Assembly: GCA_028820655.1 (NCBI GenBank)
Contig: JAPPIK010000014.1
Coordinates: 271,079 to 335,078, forward strand
Direction: 5' to 3'
Source of the DNA: Candidatus Poribacteria bacterium
GTDB lineage: Bacteria > Poribacteria > WGA-4E > JAJDTR01
DNA length: 64,000 nt
Every line of letters starts with the position of its first letter. The stretch's first letter is position 1. Below, one piece after another: positions 1-11,749 of the stretch. The notes beneath the pieces were generated by a model, which worked only from the letters and a program-made list of their open reading frames with translations, made no database searches and was not told where the DNA came from. A program made the position numbers and the translations under genes.

Positions 1-24
1 TACTTTAATCCATCCGTGTAGTGA

Positions 25-624
25 GTGATTGCCCCCGAAGGATTCACAAATCCGTCGGCATATCCGGTGGAGGTACATGTGTCAGATTGGCGCCCGAAGT
101 TTCGCCCCGAACACTTCTACTTCGTTACGACAAGTGCGGTTGATTCCCTCCATATCTTCCGGCGTGATGTTATCAAGCGTCTACTTGTGGACACTCTTGA
201 TTGTTTCTGTCATCACAAGCGGATGCGACTTTTTGGATTCGTCATTATGCCGAATCATCTCCACTTCATCGCACGCTTTTCGGCGACTGATCCAATGGCT
301 AGTGTTGTTAGGGACTTCAAACGACAGACCGCCGACCGGGTGATTCGACATCTGAAGGCCGAAGAGAATCAAACGGCACTCGTTGAGCTTCGGGCACGCG
401 TGAAACGACTTGAAAAGCAGAGGTACAAGGTATGGGAAGACGGATACAATGCCAAGGATGTTGTTTCCGAGACGTTCTTGCTGCAGAAGATGGAGTATAT
501 CCACAATAATCCGTGCCAACCGCATTGGAGCCTATGCAAAAAGGCCAGAGTACTATATCTGGTCAAGCGCGCGGTTTTATATGACGAGTTCGGCGTGTAT
601 TATTCCGATCGAAGATGTGCGTAA
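25..624 (+). CDS. REP-associated tyrosine transposase (RAYT) / IS200-like Y1 HuH transposase; GTG start, may be 5'-truncated by window edge
   Basis: HuH motif 'MPNHLHFI' and catalytic Tyr motif 'EYIHNNP' typical of IS200/RAYT family. Confidence 0.75.
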   Translation: MIAPEGFTNPSAYPVEVHVSDWRPKFRPEHFYFVTTSAVDSLHIFRRDVIKRLLVDTLDCFCHHKRMRLFGFVIMPNHLHFIARFSATDPMASVVRDFKRQTADRVIRHLKAEENQTALVELRARVKRLEKQRYKVWEDGYNAKDVVSETFLLQKMEYIHNNPCQPHWSLCKKARVLYLVKRAVLYDEFGVYYSDRRCA

Positions 625-658
625 GGCGCTGGGGTGATGCGATGTGATAGGCTAGGAT

Positions 659-682
659 GCTGTGGATTTGCCAATCCACAGC
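659..682. repeat. Perfect 10-bp-stem palindrome (gctgtggatt-tgcc-aatccacagc) 35 bp downstream of RAYT stop; candidate REP-like hairpin
   Basis: Read directly: reverse complement of 659-668 equals 673-682. Confidence 0.4.
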
Positions 683-969
683 GAGCGGCCGGTGGGCGAG
701 CAGTGAAGGGAACTCGGGAGCGGGCTAATGGGAGAACGATCAAAGTGGATTCACGTACACCAGTGTATTCGCTGGATCGTAACTGTTTGGTGCATCGTTT
801 GATTCGTGTTAATACAAGCCGTTGCATCTATTCTGTACAAGCGAGCTCCCCCAATTCATCCGAATTAGCATTGTGCTTCCATACTCGGCGCGATCTATGC
901 CCGCTCGGTCTCGATTGGCAAATCCAGACTGGCGAACTATACAATTACGTTGAATCGAAAACAGAATGG

Positions 970-1956
970 CTATTTTGTGAGAGTGATGTCGTTGTTCAGA
1001 TAGCCCTGAATCCATGGACTGACTCGTTCCGCCATGCCGGCTAGATCGTGGAGGTGCAGCCAAAGCGTCATGCCGCGGAGGTAGGCGAGTTTGAGGTGAG
1101 AGGGCAGCGAGTTTTGTTCGGAGGTCGTGAGAGAGGAGACCTCCTCGTAGGCTTCAAGAAACACGAATTTCTGGTCGGGGGTTAGGGGTGTGTCTCGGTA
1201 GACGGCGGGGAAAAAGACCAGTGCATACGCGAGATCGTAGGTACGGTCGGCGGGACGTGCAGTGTCAAGATCCAAAATAGCCTTCACCTTTCCACCGGCA
1301 TCGAATTTCAGGTTCTGTGCGCGGTAATCGCCGTGGATAATCCAATCTCCCCGGTCCCGCACGGGAAGTTCCGCAGCCAGTCTCTCCACCTCCCCCATCC
1401 ACTCGGCAATCCGGCTCCCTAATACCGGATATCCGCCGGTTTCGGATTCAGCGGTGCGTATCCGCTCAAGCCGCCGGCGCAGTGTCCCGATGACTTCGTC
1501 GCGCATTGGCTCCCACCGGATGTCAACCTCGGGATGGAAGCCTCGCAATTCATGGTGAATTCGTCCCAGGGTTTCGCCGGCGGATTGCAGCGCTCCGACG
1601 GGTTGAACGGCGTCAAAGTCACATCCCTCCACAAATTCGGAAATCGCGTAGATTTCATGTCCCTCTATCGTTAGCGTGCCGCCGCTGCGGTTTCGGAGGA
1701 GGCGGGGGACAGGGAAGTCCCTCGCGCAAAGGTAGTTCTGTGCATCATGGGTGAAGGAAATGCGAGAGATCTCCGCGGCCTGATCGAGGTTGGGGGTCGA
1801 TTCGCACCGATAGCGTTTCAGGAACAACCTCCCTTGGTCCGTGTGGAGGAGCATGGTGGCGCTCATGGCGCCGGTGCCTATCGGTATGGCGGCAGCGACT
1901 TTCAACCCGTAGTGTTGGTGGATATTTGCCTGTTCTTGAGGCGAAAGCGTTTTCAT
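970..1956 (-). CDS. Phosphotransferase enzyme family protein (APH / homoserine-kinase-II-like kinase fold)
   Basis: Brenner-type motif 'IIHGDYRAQNLKFD' plus downstream 'DLDTARPADRTYDLA'; 328 aa. Confidence 0.6.
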   Translation of the reverse strand: MKTLSPQEQANIHQHYGLKVAAAIPIGTGAMSATMLLHTDQGRLFLKRYRCESTPNLDQAAEISRISFTHDAQNYLCARDFPVPRLLRNRSGGTLTIEGHEIYAISEFVEGCDFDAVQPVGALQSAGETLGRIHHELRGFHPEVDIRWEPMRDEVIGTLRRRLERIRTAESETGGYPVLGSRIAEWMGEVERLAAELPVRDRGDWIIHGDYRAQNLKFDAGGKVKAILDLDTARPADRTYDLAYALVFFPAVYRDTPLTPDQKFVFLEAYEEVSSLTTSEQNSLPSHLKLAYLRGMTLWLHLHDLAGMAERVSPWIQGYLNNDITLTK

Positions 1957-2206
1957 GAGTGAGTGTATTTCCCTTGATTCCTTGTCTTCGATTAGCGCCG
2001 CTTCTCCTAGGATATTCTCAGTCGCGCCGAGTTCGTTGTCAAGTTTTAATCGGGATTATTTCGACGTGTTTGGTTTTTTGAGAGGCGTAGGTGGTTTGAT
2101 GATATACGCTACCCCTTTCAAAGGCTGGTGCGCAGTGCACACTCTACGGAATCTATTGCCTCATGAAGTGCCTTTGGTGTATGATGAGAAAATGGACCGC
2201 GTTTAG

Positions 2207-4264
<2,058 letters not shown>

Positions 4265-4408
4265 CTTCGACCGGGTTTCCATTGGTAATCTTTTCAGAAA
4301 CTTTAATTACTCCCGTTTTCTTGTTCCCTTTCTCGAATTGGATTGATTTGCTCACCTCACGTTGTTACAATGCGAGCACGACAAAATACATCCCAAAGGA
4401 GTCATATT

Positions 4409-5173
4409 ATGCCCACATCGCAAATTGCCGCGCAACTTTATACAGTGCGCGATTTTACGAAAACGCCGACTGATATCGCCCAAACGCTGAAGAGGGTGAA
4501 GCAACTCGGTTACGATGCCGTTCAATGTTCGGCACTCGGTCCCATCGAGACCGCCGAATTGAAACGCCTGGTCGATGAAGAGGGATTGAGCATTTGCGCC
4601 ACGCACACCGATTATGAACGAATGCGCACCGAACCTCAATCGGTGATCGACGAACACCAGCTTCTAGATTGCAAGTATGTTGCGATTAGCAGCATACCCG
4701 GGTCGGATCGCAGTGCCGAAGGGTTTGCGCGTTTCGCCAAGGAAGCATCGGAGGTGGCGAAGCGACTCGCGGAGGGCGGACTTGTGGTTTCGTATCACAA
4801 TCACAGTTTTGAATTAGAGAGATTTGACGGGCGCACCGGCTTGGAGATTTTGTACGCCGAGAGCGATCCCGAATTTCTCAAGAGCGAGCTTGACACCTAC
4901 TGGATTCAACATGGAGGCGGCGATCCGGCGGCTTGGATCCGCACATTGAAAGGACGCATCCCGATCATTCATGTTAAGGATATGGAGATGCAGGGGAGCA
5001 CTCAACTGTTCGCCGAAGTCGGAGAGGGGAATCTGAATTGGCCGGCAATTCTCGAGGCGTCCAGAGACGCCGGGGTCGAGTGGTATATTGTGGAACAGGA
5101 TACCTGCCAGCGCGACCCGTTTGAGAGTTTGGGAATCAGTTTGAGGAATCTGAAGGCGATGGGAATTGAGTAG
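4409..5173 (+). CDS. Sugar phosphate isomerase/epimerase (xylose-isomerase-like TIM barrel)
   Basis: Family resemblance ('SYHNHSFELE', 'HVKD'); start chosen at ATG 4409 preceded by aaaggag RBS (ORF-track start 4343 probably too early). Confidence 0.65.
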   Translation: MPTSQIAAQLYTVRDFTKTPTDIAQTLKRVKQLGYDAVQCSALGPIETAELKRLVDEEGLSICATHTDYERMRTEPQSVIDEHQLLDCKYVAISSIPGSDRSAEGFARFAKEASEVAKRLAEGGLVVSYHNHSFELERFDGRTGLEILYAESDPEFLKSELDTYWIQHGGGDPAAWIRTLKGRIPIIHVKDMEMQGSTQLFAEVGEGNLNWPAILEASRDAGVEWYIVEQDTCQRDPFESLGISLRNLKAMGIE

Positions 5174-5511
5174 CCGGCAAGTCATCAGAATAGGAATGTT
5201 ACGGAACGAAAATCGGCGATCAGGAGATCGCTCCCACCGAGCCATGATTCGTTCGCTTGAGCCATAGCGGACAACAAGGTTTTGGTTTTCGCAAGGAACC
5301 TGAATTCATAAATCGGAGTCAGCATCTACTCGTACATGGTTGGGTTTCGCTGTACTACGTGCGACGAGGCATTGGGAAGTGGGTTCCCTTATACGCTGAA
5401 TGAAGCTTGTTCGTTGGCCGCTCGACCCAACGTATAGCACGACGCTCATGGATCGGCACGGGGGTCGCCCCCTACTCCTATGTGATCGTCGTGCTTGACA
5501 AGAATTTTTGC

Positions 5512-5540
5512 TTGCAATAGGCATCAAATTGTGATATTAT
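5512..5540 (+). promoter_or_regulatory. Sigma-70-type promoter: -35 TTGCAA (5512-5517), 17-bp spacer, extended -10 TGaTATTAT (5532-5540)
   Basis: Read directly from sequence; near-consensus spacing and extended -10. Confidence 0.5.
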
Positions 5541-5550
5541 TTTGATCCAG

Positions 5551-5599
5551 CCGCGAAGAACCTTTCCATCAGTGGAAGGAAAAGCATCGCGGTTTTTTT
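5551..5599 (+). terminator. Two-tier GC-rich hairpin (ccgcga...tcgcgg with inner ccttcc/ggaagg helix) followed by T7 tract; intrinsic terminator/attenuator or end of a ~50-nt sRNA starting ~5549
   Basis: Stem 5551-5556/5587-5592, inner stem 5562-5567/5574-5579, T-run 5593-5599. Confidence 0.45.
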
Positions 5600-5792
5600 G
5601 TGCGTCTGGCACCACCGACATTTGATTATTCGTCGATGCGGAAAGACTTGAGATGACAAGCAGTGTGTGAGTTGACGGCGACCTTGGATCGTCTATTCAT
5701 ATCATACTATACGTCCTAGTTTTGGTGTACGGCATTATTTTGAGAGTGGGGTGTTATTCCCGCTCTTTTATTTTTAACGCAAAGAATTCCAA

Positions 5793-6251
5793 ATGACATC
5801 TATCTTAAAGTCCTCTATGATCGACCTGCTTACTCCTGTGCTCGATCAAGCGGGGATTGAATTCGTCGATGTCGAGTTTCAGGGTAACGACATAGTAGGT
5901 ACGATTCGGTGCCTGATTTACAAGCCCGGCGGCATTACTGTTAAAGACTGCCAACAAGTGAGCCGCATGGTGCATCCGATCCTCGAAGTCAACGGGTTGA
6001 TAGACGGCAACATGGCGCTTGAGGTTGCATCACCCGGGATTGACAGGCCGCTTGTAACCGAAGCAGATTTTCGCAGGAATATCGGGCGTGCAGTTCAAAT
6101 AGAAACGACCTCTGAAACGGGGGAATCGCATGAATTGGGTGGAACCGTGCTAGATGTCAAGGACGGTGTGCTTCGCCTTGAAGAATCCGGAACAGTAACC
6201 GAACTTCAAATTTCAACTATCATAAAGGCTCAAATACAACTGATGTGGTAA
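5793..6251 (+). CDS. rimP: Ribosome maturation factor RimP
   Basis: Motif 'LEVASPGIDRPL' and position immediately upstream of nusA. Confidence 0.85.
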   Translation: MTSILKSSMIDLLTPVLDQAGIEFVDVEFQGNDIVGTIRCLIYKPGGITVKDCQQVSRMVHPILEVNGLIDGNMALEVASPGIDRPLVTEADFRRNIGRAVQIETTSETGESHELGGTVLDVKDGVLRLEESGTVTELQISTIIKAQIQLMW

Positions 6252-6280
6252 TAGCTTGCGTGGGTAGTGGAGAATGAACT

Positions 6281-7564
6281 ATGACAAATGATTTGTTGAT
6301 GATTGTTCGTCAAATCATGGACCAGACGGAATTACCGCAAGAGACCTTCATTGAAGCAATAGAAGCCGCGCTCTATTCCGCAGCGAAGAGGCGTTACGGC
6401 TCAACACACGGGGTAACAATCAGAATAGATCCCGAGTTAGGCGAGATAAAGTGTTATGTACCCAAGAAGGTCGTCGAAATCATGCAGAGCTTCGCCAAGG
6501 AGATTCCGATTGAGGAAGCGGTAAAGCTGAAACCCGACGCCCAACTAGACGAGATGATCGAGGTCGAAGTAGACCCTAAAGAGTTTGGAAGAATCGAAGC
6601 CCAGACCGCACGTCAGATCCTCGTTCAGAAAATCAAGGAAGCGGAACGACAACAGGTATATGAGGAATATAAAGACCGGGAAAGCGAGGTTGTTACCGGG
6701 CACGTGCAGCGTATGGAGCGCGGTAGTCTTATACTTGATTTGGACCGGACGGAAGGCGTTCTGCCGTTTAGCGAAATGCCCCATCCGAACAATTACCAGC
6801 GGAATGACATTCTGAAGTGCCTCATTCTGGAGGTCCAAGACAACATGAAGGGACCGCAGGTTGTCCTTTCTCGTACTCACAAGACTCTGGTTGCTCGTTT
6901 ATTCGAGATGGAAGTTCCGGAGATTTATGATGGGCTTGTCCATCTGAAGGCTATTGAACGAGATCCGGGCGATCGTGCGAAAGTCGCCGTGACCGCCACC
7001 GTTGACGATATAGACGCAGTCGGCACATGTGTCGGGGTCAAGGGTTCCCGCGTTCAGACGGTTGTCCGCGAGTTAGATGGCGAGAAGATCGATCTTCTTG
7101 AGTGGGATGAAGATCCCAAAGTGTTCATTGCCAATGCGCTGCAGCCTGCCACGGTATCTCGAGTCACGATAGGTGAGGACGACAATGCAGAAGTGATTGT
7201 TCCGGACGATCAGCTTTCATTGGCAATCGGAAGGCGCGGACAGAATGCGCGGCTTGCCGCGCGGTTGACAGGATGGAAGGTTGATATCAAGAGCGAGTCT
7301 GAAGCGGGGTCCCAATTCAAGGAGGAGATCGTTGGTGAACTCTTTGGAACCGATTCCGATTCAGTCTCCGCAGATATCGGGCTAGACTTATCCGAGTTAG
7401 ACGGAGTCGGCTCAAAGATTGCGACGGCGCTCAAGGATTCCGAATTTCCAACCGTTGAGCTTGTTGCAAATGCCTCGTTGGAGGATTTGTCGTCTATCCC
7501 GGGCATCGGCGCCAAGACGGCCGAAAAGATACAGCGTTCCGCATTGGAGATGCTTGAACCGTAG
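6281..7564 (+). CDS. nusA: Transcription termination/antitermination factor NusA
   Basis: NusA N-domain, S1, KH1/KH2 ('LAIGRRGQNARLAARLTGWKVDI') and C-terminal acidic repeat; 427 aa. Confidence 0.95.
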   Translation: MTNDLLMIVRQIMDQTELPQETFIEAIEAALYSAAKRRYGSTHGVTIRIDPELGEIKCYVPKKVVEIMQSFAKEIPIEEAVKLKPDAQLDEMIEVEVDPKEFGRIEAQTARQILVQKIKEAERQQVYEEYKDRESEVVTGHVQRMERGSLILDLDRTEGVLPFSEMPHPNNYQRNDILKCLILEVQDNMKGPQVVLSRTHKTLVARLFEMEVPEIYDGLVHLKAIERDPGDRAKVAVTATVDDIDAVGTCVGVKGSRVQTVVRELDGEKIDLLEWDEDPKVFIANALQPATVSRVTIGEDDNAEVIVPDDQLSLAIGRRGQNARLAARLTGWKVDIKSESEAGSQFKEEIVGELFGTDSDSVSADIGLDLSELDGVGSKIATALKDSEFPTVELVANASLEDLSSIPGIGAKTAEKIQRSALEMLEP

Positions 7565-7607
7565 GTTATACTGAAGAGAACCATCGAAGCTCCGATCGGT
7601 AGGAGGC

Positions 7608-7910
7608 ATGGTGGCAGTTATTGCTTTGCGCACCTGTATCGGGTGCCGAGGTATATTTCCCAAGAAGGCGTTGCTACGATTCGTGTGTCACTTGGATTTA
7701 CAACTCAGATCGGACGAAACGGGAAAAGTACCCGGGCGCGGGGCATATGTATGCGAGTCGCAATCTTGTGTCACCAAGGCTTTCAAGTCACATAAGCGCA
7801 TCAATTCACTGTTGCGAACCAATCTCTCGAGAGAAAGCGTCATGCAATTCAAACAGGAGCTTCTACATACGGTGAGTCAAGATAGTGCAAGAGGGAAAGG
7901 ACACCAATGA
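7608..7910 (+). CDS. ylxR: YlxR/RnpM family RNA-binding protein (DUF448)
   Basis: 'RTCIGCR...GRGAYVC' motif; conserved nusA-ylxR-infB synteny; 4-nt overlap with infB. Confidence 0.7.
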   Translation: MVAVIALRTCIGCRGIFPKKALLRFVCHLDLQLRSDETGKVPGRGAYVCESQSCVTKAFKSHKRINSLLRTNLSRESVMQFKQELLHTVSQDSARGKGHQ

Positions 7911-9985
7911 GAAAACGCACCGAGAAAAAGAAACCGCCCGCCGCTAAAGCGTCGGCAGACGAAACGAAGAACGTTCGAATATATGAGCTTGCAAAGCAGT
8001 ATGACATAACAAGCAAAGAACTGATCGAAGAACTTCGACGCTATGGCATTGCAGTCAAGAATCATATGAGTTCTCTTGACGGGGAGACTGTTGCCCTCAT
8101 CGAAGCCGAGCGCAAAGGAGCGGAATCCCCCAAGTCGAAAACACCTAAAGAAAAAAAGGCGCGGGGCCCCAAGCGTTCTCGTGACAAACCCGCCGAGTCA
8201 GTGGTCGAATCAAAACAACCGGAGACTGATGCGTCCGGGCGATTGCAAATTAAGGAGAATGTAACCGTCGGGGAGTTGGCTTCGACCTTGGGCTTCCGAC
8301 CACCGGAAATGATTATGCGGCTGATGAAGCTGGGCATCATGGCCAATGTCAACCAGCGTCTGGGTTATGAGGCACTACAAGCGATAGGCGACACGTTTGA
8401 TTTTGACGCCATCCGCGAATTGACCTTGGCGGAAAAACTCCTGGTGGACGAAGAGGACGATCCGTCAGACTTGGTGCCGCGGGCACCGGTGACCACGATT
8501 ATGGGCCATGTGGACCACGGTAAAACCTCTCTTCTAGATGCCATCCGTGAGTCGAATGTCATGGAATCCGAGGCGGGAAACATCACGCAGCATATCGGCG
8601 CCTACAATGTGAATCTTGAAACCGGAAACGTCGTATTTCTTGACACTCCTGGGCATGCGGCTTTCACTGCCATGCGCGCGCGCGGGGCGCAGGTGACGGA
8701 TGTCGTTGTTCTCGTGGTGGCGGCGGACGATGGTGTTATGCCGCAGACAATCGAAGCAATAAACCATGCAAAGGCAGCCGATGTGCCAATTGTAGTTGCA
8801 ATCAACAAGATTGATGCCGACGGAGCCCGAATTGATTATGTAAAAGAGCAGTTGGGGCATCAGAATCTGATACCTGAGGAGTGGGGCGGCCAAACGGTCT
8901 TCGTTGAAATCTCCGCCAAGGAAAGAATTGGAATCGATTTTCTTTTGGAGATGCTACTGCTGGAAGCCGAGTTGCTTGAATTGACGGCAAACCCGCGGGG
9001 GCCCGCACGCGGCACGGTTGTCGAGGCGAAATTGGACAAGGGGCGCGGTCCGGTATCAACCGTGCTTATGCAAAACGGCACGCTAAAAGTCGGAGACGCT
9101 TTCGTTGCGGGACGCTATTATGGAAGAGTTCGGGCAATGATGGACGACCTCGGGCATCGCCTCAAAGAGGCAGGTCCAGCCACTCCGGTTGAGGTGTTGG
9201 GTTTCACAGGGGTTCCGGAAGCGGGAGATCGATTCTATTCTGTGGAATCCGAGAGGGATGCAAGAGCGATCAGCGATTCGCGGCAGGAGGAGCACCGGCA
9301 AACCCAACTCGGATCTCATAGCCACGTCAGCTTGGAGGACTTATTCCAGCACATTCAAGAGGGTGAGATTAAGGAATTGAACATCATTGTTAAAGGCGAT
9401 GTTCAAGGGTCCGTTCAGGCGGTCTCCGGTGAATTAGACAAACTGAGCACGGCGGAGGTCAAGATAAATGTGATTCACCAAGCCGTCGGCGGAATTACGG
9501 AACCGGACATTCTGTTAGCGTCCGCTTCGAATGCGATCGTCGTCGGATTCAACGTGCACCCAACGACGGGCGCCGTGCAGTTGAAGGAGACCGAAGAAAT
9601 AGATGTGCGAACGTACAACGTCATCTACGATCTGACTTCGGATGTTCAGTCGGCCATGGAGGGTCTATTGGATCCGGAGGTGCGCGAAGTGGTCATCGGC
9701 AGAGCTATAGTCCGAGATTTATTCAAAGTACCGCGGATGGGGACCGCAGCGGGTAGTTATGTGAATTGGGGGCGGGTGTCGCATAACCAGCCGGTGCGTG
9801 TACTCCGCGATAACCGTCTGGTGTATGATGGCAAGGTCGATTCGCTCCGCCGATTCAAAGAGAATGTGAATGAAGTCCAAGCCAATTACGAATGTGGCAT
9901 TGGCATCAATGACTTCTCGGATTTCAAAGTGAACGATGTGTTGGAATGTTATGTCTACGAACACGTTCGCCGCACCTTGAAGTAG
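7907..9985 (+). CDS. infB: Translation initiation factor IF-2
   Basis: G-domain motifs 'GHVDHGKTS', 'DTPGH', 'NKID'; 692 aa. Confidence 0.95.
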   Translation: MRKRTEKKKPPAAKASADETKNVRIYELAKQYDITSKELIEELRRYGIAVKNHMSSLDGETVALIEAERKGAESPKSKTPKEKKARGPKRSRDKPAESVVESKQPETDASGRLQIKENVTVGELASTLGFRPPEMIMRLMKLGIMANVNQRLGYEALQAIGDTFDFDAIRELTLAEKLLVDEEDDPSDLVPRAPVTTIMGHVDHGKTSLLDAIRESNVMESEAGNITQHIGAYNVNLETGNVVFLDTPGHAAFTAMRARGAQVTDVVVLVVAADDGVMPQTIEAINHAKAADVPIVVAINKIDADGARIDYVKEQLGHQNLIPEEWGGQTVFVEISAKERIGIDFLLEMLLLEAELLELTANPRGPARGTVVEAKLDKGRGPVSTVLMQNGTLKVGDAFVAGRYYGRVRAMMDDLGHRLKEAGPATPVEVLGFTGVPEAGDRFYSVESERDARAISDSRQEEHRQTQLGSHSHVSLEDLFQHIQEGEIKELNIIVKGDVQGSVQAVSGELDKLSTAEVKINVIHQAVGGITEPDILLASASNAIVVGFNVHPTTGAVQLKETEEIDVRTYNVIYDLTSDVQSAMEGLLDPEVREVVIGRAIVRDLFKVPRMGTAAGSYVNWGRVSHNQPVRVLRDNRLVYDGKVDSLRRFKENVNEVQANYECGIGINDFSDFKVNDVLECYVYEHVRRTLK

Positions 9986-10027
9986 AGCCGGGGTTTTCGT
10001 GAAGGTACCGAATAAACAAGATTGCGC

Positions 10028-10309
10028 ATGCGAATCGGAATTTGCCGGATCTTCCTTAGGATTCCTGAAAATCATTCTTTAAAGTAGAAACGCCAGGTCG
10101 TCAAGAGTGTTATCGACCGAGTGAAGAATCGATTCAATGTGGCAATTGCGGAGGTCGATGCACTTAATTCTCATCAAACCGCGGTTCTCGGCGCCGTGAC
10201 GGTGTCCAACGACTCCAGGCACGTTAACCGTATCTTGTCGCACGTCGTGAAATTTGTTGAAGATACCGCATCCGCAGAACTGACTGACTACGAGATTGAA
10301 TTGAGCTGA
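10028..10309 (+). pseudogene. DUF503 family gene interrupted by an in-frame TAG (10085-10087) at the conserved SLK[D/E]KR position
   Basis: Translation reads MRIGICRIFLRIPENHSLK*KRQVVKSVIDRVKNRFNVAIAEVD...; N- and C-terminal parts are in the same frame and match the DUF503 pattern. Confidence 0.6.
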
Positions 10310-10323
10310 GAGGGTGGGTCGAA

Positions 10324-10704
10324 ATGTTGGAATACAACCGTTCGGATCGCGTCGGCGCGCTTCTTCAACGAGAGTTGAGCGATATCATTCATCGTTCTAT
10401 AAAAGATCCACGCGTAGGTTTCTGCACGGTAGGCCATGTCGAAGTATCCTCAGATCTGAAATATGCCGATGTCTTGGTTAGCGTGGTGGGTGATAATAAA
10501 CAGAAGCAGGCTACGCTTGCTGGGTTGAGAAGCGCCCGAGGTTTCCTTAGGCGTGAAGTGGGGAATCGAATTGACTTGCGCTATACTCCCGAACTTCGTT
10601 TCGCGCTGGATAAATCCGCGGACCATCTAATGAAGATAGATCGTCTCCTCAAGCAAGTGGAACAAGAAACGGAAAAAGACGGGTCCGCAGTATCCGGCGA
10701 GTAG
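10324..10704 (+). CDS. rbfA: Ribosome-binding factor A
   Basis: RbfA family pattern 'RVGALLQRELSDII...DPRVGFCTV..VEVSSDLKYA.V'. Confidence 0.9.
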   Translation: MLEYNRSDRVGALLQRELSDIIHRSIKDPRVGFCTVGHVEVSSDLKYADVLVSVVGDNKQKQATLAGLRSARGFLRREVGNRIDLRYTPELRFALDKSADHLMKIDRLLKQVEQETEKDGSAVSGE

Positions 10705-10706
10705 CC

Positions 10707-11705
10707 ATGGAAGATTACCAAGCGATTTTGGATGTGTTCGACCAGCATCACTCTTTTGCTCTTTCGGTTCACATCAACCCCGATGGCGACGCCGTCGGCT
10801 CAGAGTTGGCGCTCTATTCCTTTCTGCGAGACTTGGGAAAACAGGTCCGGGTCTTCAATACGGACGCAGTTCCCGACAATTATCACTTCCTTCCTTTCAG
10901 CGAAGTAATCCAAGGACCTGACGACGTTCAAGACTATTCTCCGGAAATCCTTGTCATCCTTGATGCCAGTACCCGGATGCGAATCGGCGACAAACTGTGC
11001 CGAACGCTCATTCCGACCAAAGCTGTGGTCAACATAGATCATCACGACACGGGAGATCGCTTCGGTGATTATAACCTGGTAGAGACAGATGCCTCGTCAA
11101 CGTCGGAAATTATCTTTCGACTAATCAAACATCGTGAAATGCCTATCGGGCGGGATCGCGCGCTTTGCCTCTATACCGGTATTATGTTCGACACCGGTTG
11201 TTTTCGCTACAACAATTCTGCACCTGTTGCTCATCGGATTGCGGCGGAACTCATTGAACAGGGCAATTTTCCTGTGGATGGCGTGTACCGTCAAGTGTAC
11301 GAGTCAGTCTCGATTGGGAAAATGCGGCTTTTGGCAGAAGTGTTGCAGACATTGAATCTGACCCAAGACGGCAAAATTGGTTGGCTGTGGGCCACACAGG
11401 AGATGTTTCGGAAAACCGGCACGACTCCCGATGATGTGGAGGGCTTCGTGAATCATGTTCGCGCGATTGATTCAGTCGAGGTTTCTATCTTTGTGAGCGA
11501 GCTTGAGGATGGAAGGTCGAAGGCTAGTCTGCGAAGCGAGGCACATGTTGATGTTGGAAAAGTCGCGGCTGATTTTGACGGGGGAGGACACCAACGCGCC
11601 TCCGGTTGCGTGATCCATGCGTCGCATGAGTTGGCAGTCAAGCGGCTTGTTGAAAATACCCAAAAACGGATGAGATCCATCACGAACGGTAACTCTGGAA
11701 GATAG
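10707..11705 (+). CDS. nrnA: DHH/DHHA1 phosphoesterase (NrnA-like oligoribonuclease / pAp phosphatase)
   Basis: DHH motif 'NIDHHDTG', 'HINPDGDAVGS', C-terminal 'GGGH' DHHA1 motif. Confidence 0.8.
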   Translation: MEDYQAILDVFDQHHSFALSVHINPDGDAVGSELALYSFLRDLGKQVRVFNTDAVPDNYHFLPFSEVIQGPDDVQDYSPEILVILDASTRMRIGDKLCRTLIPTKAVVNIDHHDTGDRFGDYNLVETDASSTSEIIFRLIKHREMPIGRDRALCLYTGIMFDTGCFRYNNSAPVAHRIAAELIEQGNFPVDGVYRQVYESVSIGKMRLLAEVLQTLNLTQDGKIGWLWATQEMFRKTGTTPDDVEGFVNHVRAIDSVEVSIFVSELEDGRSKASLRSEAHVDVGKVAADFDGGGHQRASGCVIHASHELAVKRLVENTQKRMRSITNGNSGR

Positions 11706-11749
11706 CTCGGAAACACCGAAGGTCTCAACCGACTATCTCCGGGACCCGG

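Noticed and set aside
634-1044. 136-aa + strand ORF after the RAYT
   Set aside because: It spans the palindrome and overlaps the 3' end of the convergent kinase gene. It has no RBS or motifs, so it is probably non-coding.
5551-5599. Possibility that the hairpin is a small SRP RNA (GGAAGGAA..GCA motif)
   Set aside because: The element is only ~50 nt and lacks the symmetric/asymmetric loops and closing helix of even minimal bacterial SRP RNAs. It is treated as a terminator/attenuator or sRNA candidate instead.
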